Assembly: GCA_951406725.2 (NCBI GenBank)
Contig: OX597823.1
Coordinates: forward strand, 6,696,001 to 6,760,000
Reading direction: 5' to 3'
Source of the DNA: Octopus vulgaris
Lineage: Eukaryota
DNA: 64,000 bases
The notes below the pieces were generated by a model that saw nothing but the letters and a program-made list of their open reading frames with translations, did not search any database and was not told the DNA's origin. Each line of letters opens with the position of its first letter. The first letter of the stretch is position 1. A program made the position numbers and the translations under genes. This document shows positions 1 to 12,019 of this stretch, piece by piece.

Positions 1-440
1 CCAACCACAGCTCTGTGTCCAGAAAAAGCTGGTTCAAGCCCTTTTATTAACCTGGCCGGCTTCTTCATTGGAACGAAACGCATCGTCCATCATGCCCTCT
101 TCACCATCTATCACGTGATTTATTTATTTGAATGTTTCAAGCATATCGATTGACTCGTTGTATTGCCACAATACTTGTTTCATTGTTCTATTAACTTTTG
201 TTTTTGTAGGGTCTTACGAGAAAACACAGAAAAGATATCTTCACCCGGAAATGTGTTTTATTATGATGTCATGGGAATATTTCTCGAAATTTTTCATCGC
301 TTCACAGTAGCTGAAACAAACAAACAGCGGACAATTTTGTGAAGGCGCGAAACAGTGAACTGAAATAAAATGCAAACTATTGTGAATTACCGTACAACTG
401 AAACAGTTACGAAGTATCTGCATAGAAGTTGGGATTCATA

Positions 441-515
441 AAAGCTCTCGGCGGGCCGCATGAAAACCTATGGCGGGCCGCATGCGGCCCGCGGGCCGTA
501 GTTTGCCCACCCCTG
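441..515. mobile_element. hAT/Charlie-type terminal inverted repeat end
   Basis: Reverse complement reads CAGGGGTGGGCAAACTACGGCCCGCGGGCCGCATGCGGCCC, a typical hAT terminus with GCGGGCCGC subterminal repeats. The partner end is not in the window. Confidence 0.6.
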
Positions 516-529
516 TTCTAGAGTAACTG

Positions 530-2300
530 CTAGCTTTGCCCTTGTCTCTTCCTGGTCAATAGGAGGTTGGATCTTGGTTGGCAGGGTAGTTTTGTACTAC
601 CTGGCATTCAGCAATTCTGCTGGGGATTTCATGTCAGCTCTGAGCGGTGTCGCTCGTAGGGACAGAAGTGCCATGTGTGGGTCTTCCTTAGTCTCTCGGC
701 ATTTGACTAGTGTTCTCTTCACTGTCTGCACCTGTCTTTCTATAAACCCATGACCTTTGGGGTAGTGTGGAACTGAGGTTGTAATATTGAACACATACTT
801 ATCGGCTAGCTTTTTTAATTATTGCGATGTGAACTGGGTTCCATTGTCACATATGATCTGCTCTGGTATTCCTTGCTCTGCTAGAAGTCCTCGAGCCACT
901 GTAGTGATTGTTTTGACTCTCAGGTCTTTCACTTTTCTCACAAAAGGAAATTTGGAGTAGTAGCAATCTTGGCTTTCCGTGAACAGATCTACTCCAATAG
1001 TTTGCCATGGCCTTCTTGGGATGTCACTAGATATCATTTCCTCCTTTTGTTGTGAGTTTCTGTACTTTTGACTGATGTGGCGTGTAGAAACTGTCTTTTC
1101 TATGTCTTTGTACATGCCTACCCAATATACTGCTGACTTGGCTCGGAGCTTGCATTTCTCCATTCCTAGATGCCCTTGGTGGATCTTGTCAAGAATCTCT
1201 TTTTGCATTGACTTGGGTATAATTATTCGGGATCCAGCCATCAGGATTCCATTCTCCACTGATATATCTTCATGGGTGGCCCAATATTCACGAACGAGGG
1301 GCTGCACCTGACGTCTCTTTTCTGGCCACCCCTGAATCACCATCAGAATAAGGAGCTGGTGTTCTTCATCTTTGCTGGTCTCCTCTTTGATTTCTGCTAG
1401 CTTTGTAGTTGTTACATTTACAATGTGGTGAACCTTTATGCTTAGTCCTTCCATCTCCTGTTTATCATGTGAGGATAGTCTGGAAAGACCATCCGCCAAT
1501 ATCAGGACTTTTCCTGGCTTTACCTGATATCGTAGTCGTATGTTTGAAGCCTTAACAGTAATCTTTGCAGTCTGGCTGGTGCTTTCATGAGGTTTTTCTT
1601 GTGTATTTGTTCTAGCGGGCGATCGTCTGATTCAATATTGAAACCTCTGCCATACAGGTATGTATGGAACTTTTCACATCCATATACTACTGCCAGGAGT
1701 TCCTTTCAATATTTGCGTACCTTGTCTCTGTGGGTGAGAGAGCTTTCGAAGCATATGCAATGGGTTTACCTTCCTGTACCAGTGCTGCGCCAACTCCTCT
1801 CATAGAAGCATCGACTTGAAGTATTACTGGTTTGCGTCTGTCATAGTATTGCAGAGTTGTCTCCTTACTGATGAGCTTTTTGATTGCTTTGAAATCCTGT
1901 GTGTGTGAAGCACACCAATCAAACTCTACGTCATCTTTGTTTAGTTCTCGGAGATTTGCAGTGTGATCGACCAGCTTGGGTATGAAGGCTCCCATGTAGT
2001 GGATGAATCCCAGGAAGCTCCTGAGTTCCTTCTTGTCTTTGGGTTCTCTGATGTCTCTGATGGCTTCCACTTTAGCGGGGTCTGGTTTAACTCCCTCTGC
2101 AGAGTATATAATTCCAAAGAATTTGCACTCCTTTGCTTTTATCACACACTTGCCTGCATTGAGTTTGATACCTGCTTGTCGGGTTTTCTCCATAGCTTCA
2201 TGTAAATTGAACTCATGTGTGGTCTCATCCTTGCCATACACTTGGATGTCATCTGCTATCCCAATTGCTCCCTTGCAACCTTGGTATGTCTCATCTATTT
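530..2300 (-). mobile_element. Ty3/Gypsy pol fragment (RT, RNase H, integrase), frameshifted
   Basis: ORF 1687..2241 (LQVDASMRGVGAAL, PIAYAS), ORF 819..1499 (H-GH...C zinc finger, PWQTIGVDLF, CDNGTQF), ORF 597..794 (PHYPKGHGFIER); domain order RT-RH-INT. Confidence 0.9.
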
Positions 2301-2809
2301 GGCGTAGTAATATTTATATACTTTAGACACAGTTCTTACTGTTTACTAATGTTATGTGTCGTTTCCTTCTAATGGACGATAGACAAATCAAATGAAGGCA
2401 TTGTTATCGTTTTACGTGTTTATTTGTTTTACATGTTACACGAACTGTCCGACATTCAGCGTAGTAATATTCATATACTTTAGACACAGTTCGTACTGTT
2501 TACTAATAAAATAGTGCCAAAAGTGGGGTTGTATTCTACACACGTATGCCTACGTATACACATAGATATGAATGTGTAACACCAATCAATAAGTCTAAAT
2601 TTATTCGTACATGGAAACAAATGCAACAGTTGTTGATAACAGCTTCCCCGCATTCTATGTTACATCACTCCATCTATATCTACGTTCTTGAGATAACTTA
2701 GTGGAGGGAGGAAGTGAGAGAGTGTGAGACTGTATATCTGAAAGGAAGCATTTTCAACAGGAGACAAAGAGAAAAGGAAAAGAATATATATTTTTATGTA
2801 GGTGGCTAG

Positions 2810-3330
2810 AACAGATGCTTACTTTGGTTGGGCCAGTTCACCAGGGGATGTGAAAGAAAAATATTTCCAAAGTGAAAGATCTCGAATCTTCCTTGTCCAC
2901 ATGTTTCTAAGTGTTTACTTAGTAGAATTTTTTGTCTGTGAATTCTGGCTCGTTCGCATAAAGAATCACCAGTTTCACCTATATAGTTCTCCTTGCACGT
3001 GGGTCAGGTTATGCAATATATTAAATTCTATGTCTTGCATTTCATGTTTGCATTTGCTTTGAATGTGTGTCCATTCTTAAATTTGATTTGGTTGTTTCTC
3101 TCTATATATTTGTAGATGGCGTTACTGCAGATCCCACATCTACCATCTCCACATTCTTTCACAAAGAATTCGGTTTCATTCTCTGATGAGAATTTTGCTC
3201 TTGTCAGTTGGTTTTTCAGCTTTTTCTCTTGACGTTTACTGTTTCTTATGCAGTATTTGTTTAATAAGTTTCTCATTTCCTTCCCTTCTCTAAATGCCCA
3301 AGGAATGACAGCACTTCAGAAAAAATATGG
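2810..3330 (-). mobile_element. Penelope-like element C-terminal fragment with GIY-YIG endonuclease
   Basis: CGDGRCGIC linker in ORF 3028..3276, followed after a stop by NLIYCI...TCKENYIGET (GIY-YIG). Confidence 0.8.
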
Positions 3331-3624
3331 AACAACACTTCATAGCAAAATTCTCCCCGAAACTCAATGTCTGAAAATATGCAAATCACATCAACTTCCT
3401 TATAAACCCATCTGGAACCCTTAGATATATGCATAAGTGTGTGTGTGTGTATGTATATACATAAATAGAAACATTCTTGCATCCGGATTTTCCAACCCAT
3501 ACCTACTTGGGAACCAAGCATTGGACAATGATGATGATGATAATGATAATAAGTCCAGACAATTTTTTGAAAAGTAACTTTCATTATTCCTAATCAAAAC
3601 AGACCCCACCTTACAGTAACCACG

Positions 3625-4860
3625 ATTAAGTACTTTCCTCTTTGAAAGCCACCTCACCTCTGTGTGCAAAAAGCAGATGTCTGTGTTGTGAATCCATATC
3701 GATATAAAACTGCTCGAATAAACGCCATTTTTTCTGGTCTTGTTTTATATAATTTACAATCTCAACAGCGTGATTCAAAATTTCGCTTAATTTATCTCCT
3801 AATGCTTTTGTCATCAATGCTTCTCTATGAAGAAAGCAGTGAGTTATGATGACATTTTTATTTTTATTTTTTATAAAGGATGTCAGGCCCTTAACGCAGC
3901 CTACCATTGATGGAACTCCATCTGTACAAACCCGACACATGGCTTCCATGGTATTTGCCATTTGCACAGGTAAATATTCGAAATGTTGTAAACATCTTCG
4001 TCCTTTGTAGTCGCATCTAATTCTCTGCAGAAAAGAAATTGATTTACAATTTGATCTTCATCAATAAAAGGAATAAATGCCAAGAGCTGCGCTTTGTTGG
4101 CGTTGTCTGTTGACTCATCAATTTGTAATGCAAAATCTGTGGAGACACATGGCCTAGTGGTTAGAGCAGCGGACTCGCGGTCAAGGGATCGCGGGTTCGA
4201 ATCTCAGACCGGGCGATGCAAGTGTTTATGAGCGAAAACACCTAAGCTCCACGCGGCTCCGGCAGAAGGTAATGGTGGACTTCTGCTGACCCTTCCGCCA
4301 CAACTTTCTCTCACTCTTTCCTCCTGCATCTTGCAGCTCAACTGTGACAGACCGGCGTCCCATCCAGGTGGAGAATCTATACGCCAAGAAACCGGGGAAC
4401 CGGCCCTTATGAGCCAGGCAGGGCTCAAGAAGGAACAAACAACAAATGCAAAATCTGAATACTGAAGATTATTACTACAAACGTTTTTTGTTTTCTCGAT
4501 ATTAGATGACATTTCTAGAATACGTCTGAGAACAGCATCGTTAGAGACAAGATTCCTATTTACTTCTTTTGCAGCATAATTTCCCAGCATTGTCTTCTCA
4601 ATCTTCTTATACGCAGGCAGAATGAGTGACTCGCCAAAGTGTGAGCTTTCATATTTTGTGCTATCAGTTCTGAAACCTCGTTGGAGGCGATTTGAGATTT
4701 TTTTCAGAAATCGTCATCGTACTTTCGAAAGAGTTTCCTGCGATCGTCTGCTGTTCTACCTATCTTTTGAAATAACTTATAGATTTACCTTATAAATGAG
4801 AGTGCTTGCTTTTAAAATACTTACTCAGTTTACTAGGAACCAATGATTCATTTCACATTT
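3625..4860 (-). mobile_element. Degenerate hAT (Buster/ZBED5-like) transposase, interrupted by a SINE
   Basis: FALQIDESTD (split by the SINE), FLFCREL, CTDGVPSM, HCFLHREAL and HTEVRWLS motifs across frameshifted ORFs. Confidence 0.85.
4140..4444 (+). mobile_element. tRNA-derived SINE with 13-bp target site duplication
   Basis: A box TGGCCTAGTGG, B box GGTTCGAATC, (CAAA/CAA) tail; TSD AATGCAAAATCTG at 4127-4139 and 4445-4457. Confidence 0.9.
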
Positions 4861-5214
4861 ACATTCAAATATGTAATCAAGGAGATCCATGTTGAAATGA
4901 CCAAGGACGATGGTGAGATGATTCCTTGGCAAAGATAAAAGAGGTATCTGTCTACTTACGAAACTAAACCTACCTGCCTATTTTACATCCCTCTGTGGTC
5001 AGTATAGTATCAATCATCCCTCAAGAGTCCATAGATACGCGAAAAAAATTACTAATAGAGAAACGAAAATAAAACTTTGGAAACAGCAACGCCATCATAG
5101 GTTACATGGAAACGATGAACGTCATTTTTTCGACTAAATCCCTTCAAGGCTTTGCCCCAGCATGGCCGCGGTCAAATGATTGAAACAAGTAAAAGAACAA
5201 AAGAATGATACATA

Positions 5215-5282
<68 letters not shown>

Positions 5283-5291
5283 ATGTGTATA

Positions 5292-5329
5292 TCTTTCTGT
5301 AGAAGAGCGGAGGCTCGAAACGTAAAAGA
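5292..5329 (+). ncRNA. Minimal hammerhead-like motif (variant core)
   Basis: tcttt-CTGTAGA-a-gagc(ggag)gctc-GAAA-cg-TA-aaaga. Stems I and II are intact and stem III is the palindrome ACGT. The core has U at position 6 instead of A. Confidence 0.45.
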
Positions 5330-5418
5330 CTTTTTCTATTCCTGAGCGCTATACTAATACAGCTGTTTGTTTGTACACCACCTGCCTTCGTCTTTTGTTT
5401 ATTTTCGCAAACTTTCCC

Positions 5419-5466
<48 letters not shown>

Positions 5467-5495
5467 GTAATGAGATAAAAAAAAAGGCTTTGTAG

Positions 5496-5526
<31 letters not shown>

Positions 5527-5530
<4 letters not shown>

Positions 5531-5805
5531 GCAGGTAACAGGTTCAGTCCCACTGTATTAAACCTTGGGCAGGTTGGACCGACCAAATCCTTGTGAGTGG
5601 ATCTGATAGACGGAAACTGAAAGAGCCCTGTCATATATTGGTGTGTTTACGTCCCCGTAACATAGCAGTTCGGCAAAAGGACCCGATAGAATAAGTACTA
5701 GGCTTACAAAGAATAAGCCCTGGGGTCTATATGTTTGATTTAAGCCGGTGTTCCAGCCTGGCCGCTGCCAAATGGCTGAAACAAGCAAAAGAATAAAAGA
5801 ATATA
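5527..5805 (+). mobile_element. SINE (partial, deleted)
   Basis: GGTTCAGTCCC B-box-like head. The body (gacggaaactgaaaga, ccgatagaataagtactaggc) is shared with the copies at 5975-6380 and 38700-39100. Confidence 0.7.
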
Positions 5806-5974
5806 CATGTATAATGTTGTAAAGTGACACACGAGTTGATGTGTTCAAGGAAAATAAGACAACGAAGAAAATTCTAAAAAATGTTATCATGAAATTCATT
5901 TTGCAACAGTTAGTACTTGTTTCTGTCTTTTCGACATATTTTGACTAAGTGTAAAATATAGGTTCTCTTATTCT

Positions 5975-6380
5975 TTAAATTGTTTCAGTCATTTGGCTGC
6001 GGCCGTGCTGGAGCACCGCCTTTAGTCGAGTAAATCGATCCCAGCACTTAACCTTTGTTAGCCTAGTACTTATTCTATCAGTTTCTTTTGCCAAACCACT
6101 AAGTTAAGGGGACGTAAACACACCAGTATCAGTTGTCAATCGATATTGGAGGTACAAACCCACAAGCACACACACATACATACACACGCACACACACAAA
6201 CACACACACACACATACATACATACACACGCACACACACACACGCACACACATATATACACGACAGGCCTCTTTCAGTTTCCGTCCACCAAATCCACTCA
6301 CAAGGCCTTGGTCGGCTCGAGGCTGTAGTAGAAGAGACTTGCCCAAGGTGCAACGCAGTGGGACTGAACATGGAACCATG
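5975..6380 (-). mobile_element. SINE with internal (CA)n
   Basis: Same family as 38700-39100; ggttccatgttcagtcccactgcg head on the minus strand. Confidence 0.75.
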
Positions 6381-6703
6381 TATTTTTAGGGTATAAATTA
6401 AGAAGAAAAAAATTAAATCGAAGCAAAAATTAAATTAAATGAAGAGAAGTGAGAGAAAAAAGGAAATGTCTTACCTATTTAAAGATTATGAAAATATGTG
6501 CAAAACATTTCATTTAATTTTTCTTTGATTTAATTGGCTTTCTTGATTAATATTCACCTATTTTTACTCTTAGCTGAAAAAATCGAAAAGGCACAAAGCG
6601 GTGCTACCCGTTACAAAATGTATTTCATGATAAAGTTATTCTTCGCATTTTCTACCTTATCTTATTTTCTTTATGTCTGTCTGTCCCCCCCTCTCTCTCT
6701 CTC

Positions 6704-6742
<39 letters not shown>

Positions 6743-7559
6743 ATACTGTCGTGTCCAGATGAGTCGTATTGTTTTAACACCTTATATTCTAACACACACA
6801 CAGGTTTGATTTCCACTCATTCATTATTTATAATTTTTCTTCTAAAGTTTTCTTTGCTTTTGCAACATAGTCAACATCCATTGCCAAGGTTGCAAAAGCA
6901 ACGAAAATTATAGAATTAATGGCTATTAATTATAGAATTAATGGCTATTAATTAAATAGAATGAATTCTAGGTTCCGCGTGTCACAAAGAATATTTAACA
7001 TCAGTTCTTTTCTTTTCCTTTCATCTATCAATCTTTCACTTTTTCTTAAAAGTTCACAAGCAGAAATAATCTTTTTAATCTTTACTTTTTAATTTTTAGT
7101 TCTTAATTTTTCACAGTTAATTTTCAAATTATTCTCTTAACTTACGCATCTGTTTCTAACATTTTATTTCTCCTTACTGACCACTAAACTAAAGTTAGAT
7201 ATTCTTTCTCACCATGCTGACCCTAGAATTCATCTAATTAATTACCCCGCTTCTCCACTTTACCAAAACTGGCCCCTCAATCCTGACTAGAATAATTCAG
7301 GTCTCTTACCTCTTATCTTTATCCTTATTTTTATTTTTCATTTCTCATTTTTGTTTTTACTTTCACTCTCATTCTTTTCAACACTTATCCTCTTCCTTTC
7401 TTCCTTTCTTTTCTCTCTTCACTCACAACCCTCTTCTCTCTGATCTCTCTCTCTCTCTCTCTCACTATACCTTCACGTGGCCCATTTTCCTACAAGCTAA
7501 CCACTAAGTCTATTCCTTCAATCTGAACGCAACATTCAAAATACAGTCGGGATTTATCT

Positions 7560-8010
7560 GGCATTATACTTAAGGACCTATACCTTCACGGAAGTACGGA
7601 CTAATTTCCATACACTCCAGAACAAGATGAGCTCTGAACTTTATTCTCCTGTCTTTATTCTTCTGTCTACAACTTTATTCTTTTATACACGGTGAATTCC
7701 CTGTCTGGAACTTTCCAAAATATACACCTTGTCTCCAATGACGGAATACCAAGATGCTGACCCGTCATGTGGGATATCCCTAAAACAGCTGTAAGGCATT
7801 AATTACTTCTACTTCACCTTATTCTAATTAAAAATTCTAAATGACCTGAGATACTCGTCCTGCCTCGGTTTTGTTGTCCATTTGATTTTAATATATAACA
7901 GCTAACCTGGAAGCCTACTACGGATCTCTAGCTCCAACCTCAGCAGTGAACTTGGTACCTAACGGATGACCAATTATAGCACTTTTACAGTGTACCTATT
8001 CGTTTACGAA
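7560..8010 (+). repeat. Dispersed repeat (Penelope pLTR-like) with degenerate hammerhead; second copy at 11020-11510
   Basis: Blocks cggaagtacg, gggatatccc-aaacagctgta and aacggatgaccaattatagcact occur in both copies. Confidence 0.6.
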
Positions 8011-8037
8011 CTATCCATTATACGCTCCCTCTCTCTG

Positions 8038-8117
<80 letters not shown>

Positions 8118-8754
8118 TATATATATATGCATGCGTATACATGTATTTTTTTGAAGAAGTGCTGTCGAATTTCATATTTATCCTTCGTAACAACTACGTA
8201 AATAATTTTCCCCAATCAATTAACCCAAAATTGTAATGTTATGAGTGGGATTTTTTGTTATTCATTCATTTTATTCTTCCTTCTAGATTCACGCCTTAAC
8301 TCCCACTGCAACTCTTCATGCTCAATAAAAGATTTACTTTCAAATTTTGATATTTTTGAGACATAATTTTTCTTTGATGCAATCGCGACAGTCTTTTGTA
8401 TTTTATCAATACATCGACCAACCCACATACACATACATACGTATGTATGAATTTCTGTATGTATGTATGTATGTATGTATGTATGTATGTATGTATGTAT
8501 GTATGTTTGTATGTGTATACGTGTGAGTGTTTGTGTGCATATCTGTGTGTATAAGTGTTTGTGTGTACTTGCCATGACGCAGTTTGTGTATACATAACAT
8601 ACACGCATCTAAACCTTATTGTATTAGAGAACAAACGAAATATTTAAATCTCTTAAACTCTTTCTTTACATCTTGGTTACACCCAACAAACCTCTGCTTT
8701 ACACAAACACATATGTAAACATGTATATATGTGGGTGTATGGATTTATGTACCA

Positions 8755-9031
<277 letters not shown>

Positions 9032-9154
9032 ACAACAATCAAGGAACGGCCATAATAGGCCATTCACCCACTAGAAATAACAGCCAAAGCTTCAACCGCA
9101 AATAAAAGTTAATTCTGTAAACCAGGAGAAAATTTAAAAAACAATTACCCTGTA

Positions 9155-9261
9155 ATTTCTTATACGATATACCGTTTCATCTGCTGATTAATGGTAAACT
9201 AACCTGATTAAATTAAATCAAGCCAATCTTCCACAGGCCCTCAGATTCTTCAGTAAGAAAT
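9155..9261 (-). ncRNA. Type I hammerhead ribozyme (copy 1)
   Basis: Minus strand reads atttctta-CTGAAGA-atctg...cagat-GAAA-cggtatatcg-TA-taagaaat. Confidence 0.85.
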
Positions 9262-10025
9262 AGCCCAAGTCGGAACAGATATTTTCACGAGGCATTTCCG
9301 ACCTTGCCAAGTTTATATCTGACCTAAAATTTTCAAATCGTCGCACTCGCGCCAAATTTATCGGCAGCAAATAAATATAAGCCGTCGATTCCATTACGGA
9401 ATTAACCAGAAAATTCATAATTAATCAATATAGGGTGGCAAAAAAATTTTGTAGAATTCTTTTGCCACCAGCGGCCTAGTAGGAAAAAATTAAATAGTCA
9501 TAGACCATTTTTAAGTTCAACAACAACAATCAAGGAACGGCCATAATAGGCCATTCACCCACTAGAAATAACAGCCAAAGCTTCAACCGCAAATAAAAGT
9601 TAATTCTGTAAACCAGGAGAAAATTTAAATTACAGGGTAAATTACAGGGTAAATGTTTTTTAAATTTTCTCCTGGTTTACAGAATTAACTTTTATTTGCG
9701 GTTGAAGCTTTGGCTGTTATTTCTAGTGGGTGAATGGCCTATTATGGCCGTTCCTTGATTGTTGTTGTTGAACTTAAAAATGGTCTATGACTATTTAATT
9801 TTTTCCTACTAGGCCGCTGGTGGCAAAAGAATTCTACAAAATTTTTTTGCCACCTATATTGATTAATTATGAATTTTCTGGTTAATTCCGTAATGGAATC
9901 GACGGCTTATATTTATTTGCTGCCGATAAATTTGGCGCGAGTGCGACGATTTGAAAATTTTAGGTCAGATATAAACTTGGCAAGGTCGGAAATGCCTCGT
10001 GAAAATATCTGTTCCGACTTGGGCT

Positions 10026-10132
10026 ATTTCTTACTGAAGAATCTGAGGGCCTGTGGAAGATTGGTTTGATTTAATTTAATCAGGTTAGTTTACCATTAAT
10101 CAGCAGATGAAACGGTATATCGTATAAGAAAT
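10026..10132 (+). ncRNA. Type I hammerhead ribozyme (copy 2); predicted cleavage after 10124
   Basis: Stem I atttctta/taagaaat (8 bp); CTGAAGA 10034-10040; stem II atctg/cagat with a long internal hairpin; GAAA 10109-10112; stem III cggt/atcg; GUA triplet. Confidence 0.87.
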
Positions 10133-10516
10133 TACAGGGTAAATGTTTTTTAAATTTTCTCCTGGTTTACAGAATTAACTTTTATTTGCGGTTGAAGCTT
10201 TGGCTGTTATTTCTAGTGGGTGAATGGCCTATTATGGCCGTTCCTTGATTGTTGTTGTTGAACTTAAAAATGGTCTATGACTATTTAATTTTTTCCTACT
10301 AGGCCGCTGGTGGCAAAAGAATTCTACAAAATTTTTTTGCCACCCTATATTGATTAATTATGAATTTTCTGGTTAATTCCGTAATGGAATCGACGGCTTA
10401 TATTTATTTGCTGCCGATAAATTTGGCGCGAGTGCGACGATTTGAAAATTTTAGGTCAGATATAAACTTGGCAAGGTCGGAAATGCCTCGTGAAAATATC
10501 TGTTCCGACTTGGGCT

Positions 10517-10623
10517 ATTTCTTACTGAAGAATCTGAGGGCCTGTGGAAGATTGGCTTGATTTAATTTAATCAGGTTAGTTTACCATTAATCAGCAGATG
10601 AAACGGTATATCGTATAAGAAAT
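10517..10623 (+). ncRNA. Type I hammerhead ribozyme (copy 3); predicted cleavage after 10615
   Basis: Identical core and stems, 491 bp downstream of copy 2. Confidence 0.87.
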
Positions 10624-11019
10624 TACAGGGTAAATGTTTTTTAAATTTTCTCCTGGTTTACAGAATTAACTTTTATTTGCGGTTGAAGCTTTGGCTGTTA
10701 TTTCTAGTGGGTGAATGGCCTATTATGGCCGTTCCTTGATTGTTGTTGTTGAACTTAAAAATGGTCTATGACTATTTAATTTTTTTCCTACTAGGCCGCT
10801 GGTGGCAAAAGAATTCTACAAAATTTTTTTGCCACCCTATATTGATTAATTATAAATATATATATATATATATATATCAATATCTGTCTATCTATCTATC
10901 TATCTATCTATCTATATATACATACATACATACATGCATGCGTACATACATACATACATACACATATACATGCACACACTCATATATTGCCAAAATACCA
11001 TCTGGATTTACCTTGAATT

Positions 11020-11510
11020 ATACTTAAGTGCCTATATCTTAACGGAAGTACGAACCAACCTCCATACCGCAAGAAGATGAGTCGTGAACGTTACACTACT
11101 ATCTGTATTCTTCTACCTACTGTTTTACTCTTTATTCTTCTCTCAGGTATTTTATTTCTTATAAACCGTGAATTCCCTGTGTAGAACATTCATATGTACT
11201 CACCTTGACTTTGACGTCCGGTCACGCTAGCCAATCACTTGGGATATCCCAGAAACAGCTGTACGGCATCCAATAGTTAAATACTTAACTATTTAATTGC
11301 TTAATTACTTCACATTCACCTTGCTCTAATTAAATATTTTAAATGACCTGACATACTCGTCCAGTTTTGGTTTTTCTTGTCATTTCCCCTCTAATATATA
11401 CCTGCTGAATCGGAAGCCTAATACGGGTCCCTAGATCCCGCCTCAACTGTGAACGTGGAACCCAACGGATGACCAATTATAGCACTTAATCAGCGTACCT
11501 GTTCGTTTAG
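11020..11510 (+). repeat. Diverged second copy of the 7560-8010 repeat
   Basis: Shared blocks; retains GAAA-cagctg-TA at about 11252-11263. Confidence 0.6.
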
Positions 11511-11601
11511 ATCATCAGTGAACCAAACACCCTTAGTGAATATTCTGTATAAATATTCTGTATACACGCGGATATATATATATATATATATATATATGAA
11601 G

Positions 11602-11888
11602 TGTCATTCAACACCTATGCCGCTAAAAATAAGAGCTAAATGGCCCTGTTGCTGCTGTCAACGCACATATGATTTTATACATACATGCCAGTGGCGACTG
11701 TAGATGATAGTGAGTGACAACTACTGACATCTCTATACCGTACGGTTTCATCTCTACACTGATATATATGTATATATGTAGATCGGTTTATATGTGAGTT
11801 GACAGCAGCAACATAGTCATTTAGCACTTATTTCTAGCACCTTCAGTCATTTAGCTGTTATTTCTAGCAGTTTAGGTGTTTTAACACC
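11602..11888. repeat. Imperfect inverted repeat element with hammerhead 3' half
   Basis: gctaaaaataagagctaaatggccctgttgctgctgtcaacgcacatat pairs with about 11790-11838. The minus strand carries GAAA-ccgtacgg-TA at 11736-11749. Confidence 0.6.
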
Positions 11889-12019
11889 TTCAGTCATATT
11901 AAATAACGTTTATTGTTTTCCTTTTAGGTGAAACTCTGCTAACTAGCTGCCTCATTTAATTACACAACGCACACTCGCACACACGCATAAATACATTTGT
12001 ACACTTGTATGTATGCAAC

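Larger units (their letters stand above)
9031..10852. mobile_element. Tandem and inverted array of a 491-bp hammerhead-containing unit (retrozyme / Penelope pLTR-like)
   Basis: About 1.2 units in minus orientation (9031-9629) joined head-to-head to about 2.5 units in plus orientation (9629-10852). Period 490-491 bp, very few differences between copies, (TA)n on both flanks. Confidence 0.85.

Noticed and set aside
4140-4215. tRNA genes (also about 45590-45662 and 51140-51217)
   Set aside because: The A/B boxes continue into SINE bodies with simple-repeat tails and a TSD, and no full cloverleaf is evident.
9869-10069. 66-aa ORF (MNFLVNSVMEST...) repeated three times
   Set aside because: It recurs only because the DNA unit is repeated. 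It has no recognisable domain and overlaps the ribozyme, which would be cleaved just downstream.
9031-10852. CRISPR-like or plain satellite interpretation
   Set aside because: There are no unique spacers and the context is eukaryotic. The ribozyme content and junction position argue against a simple satellite.
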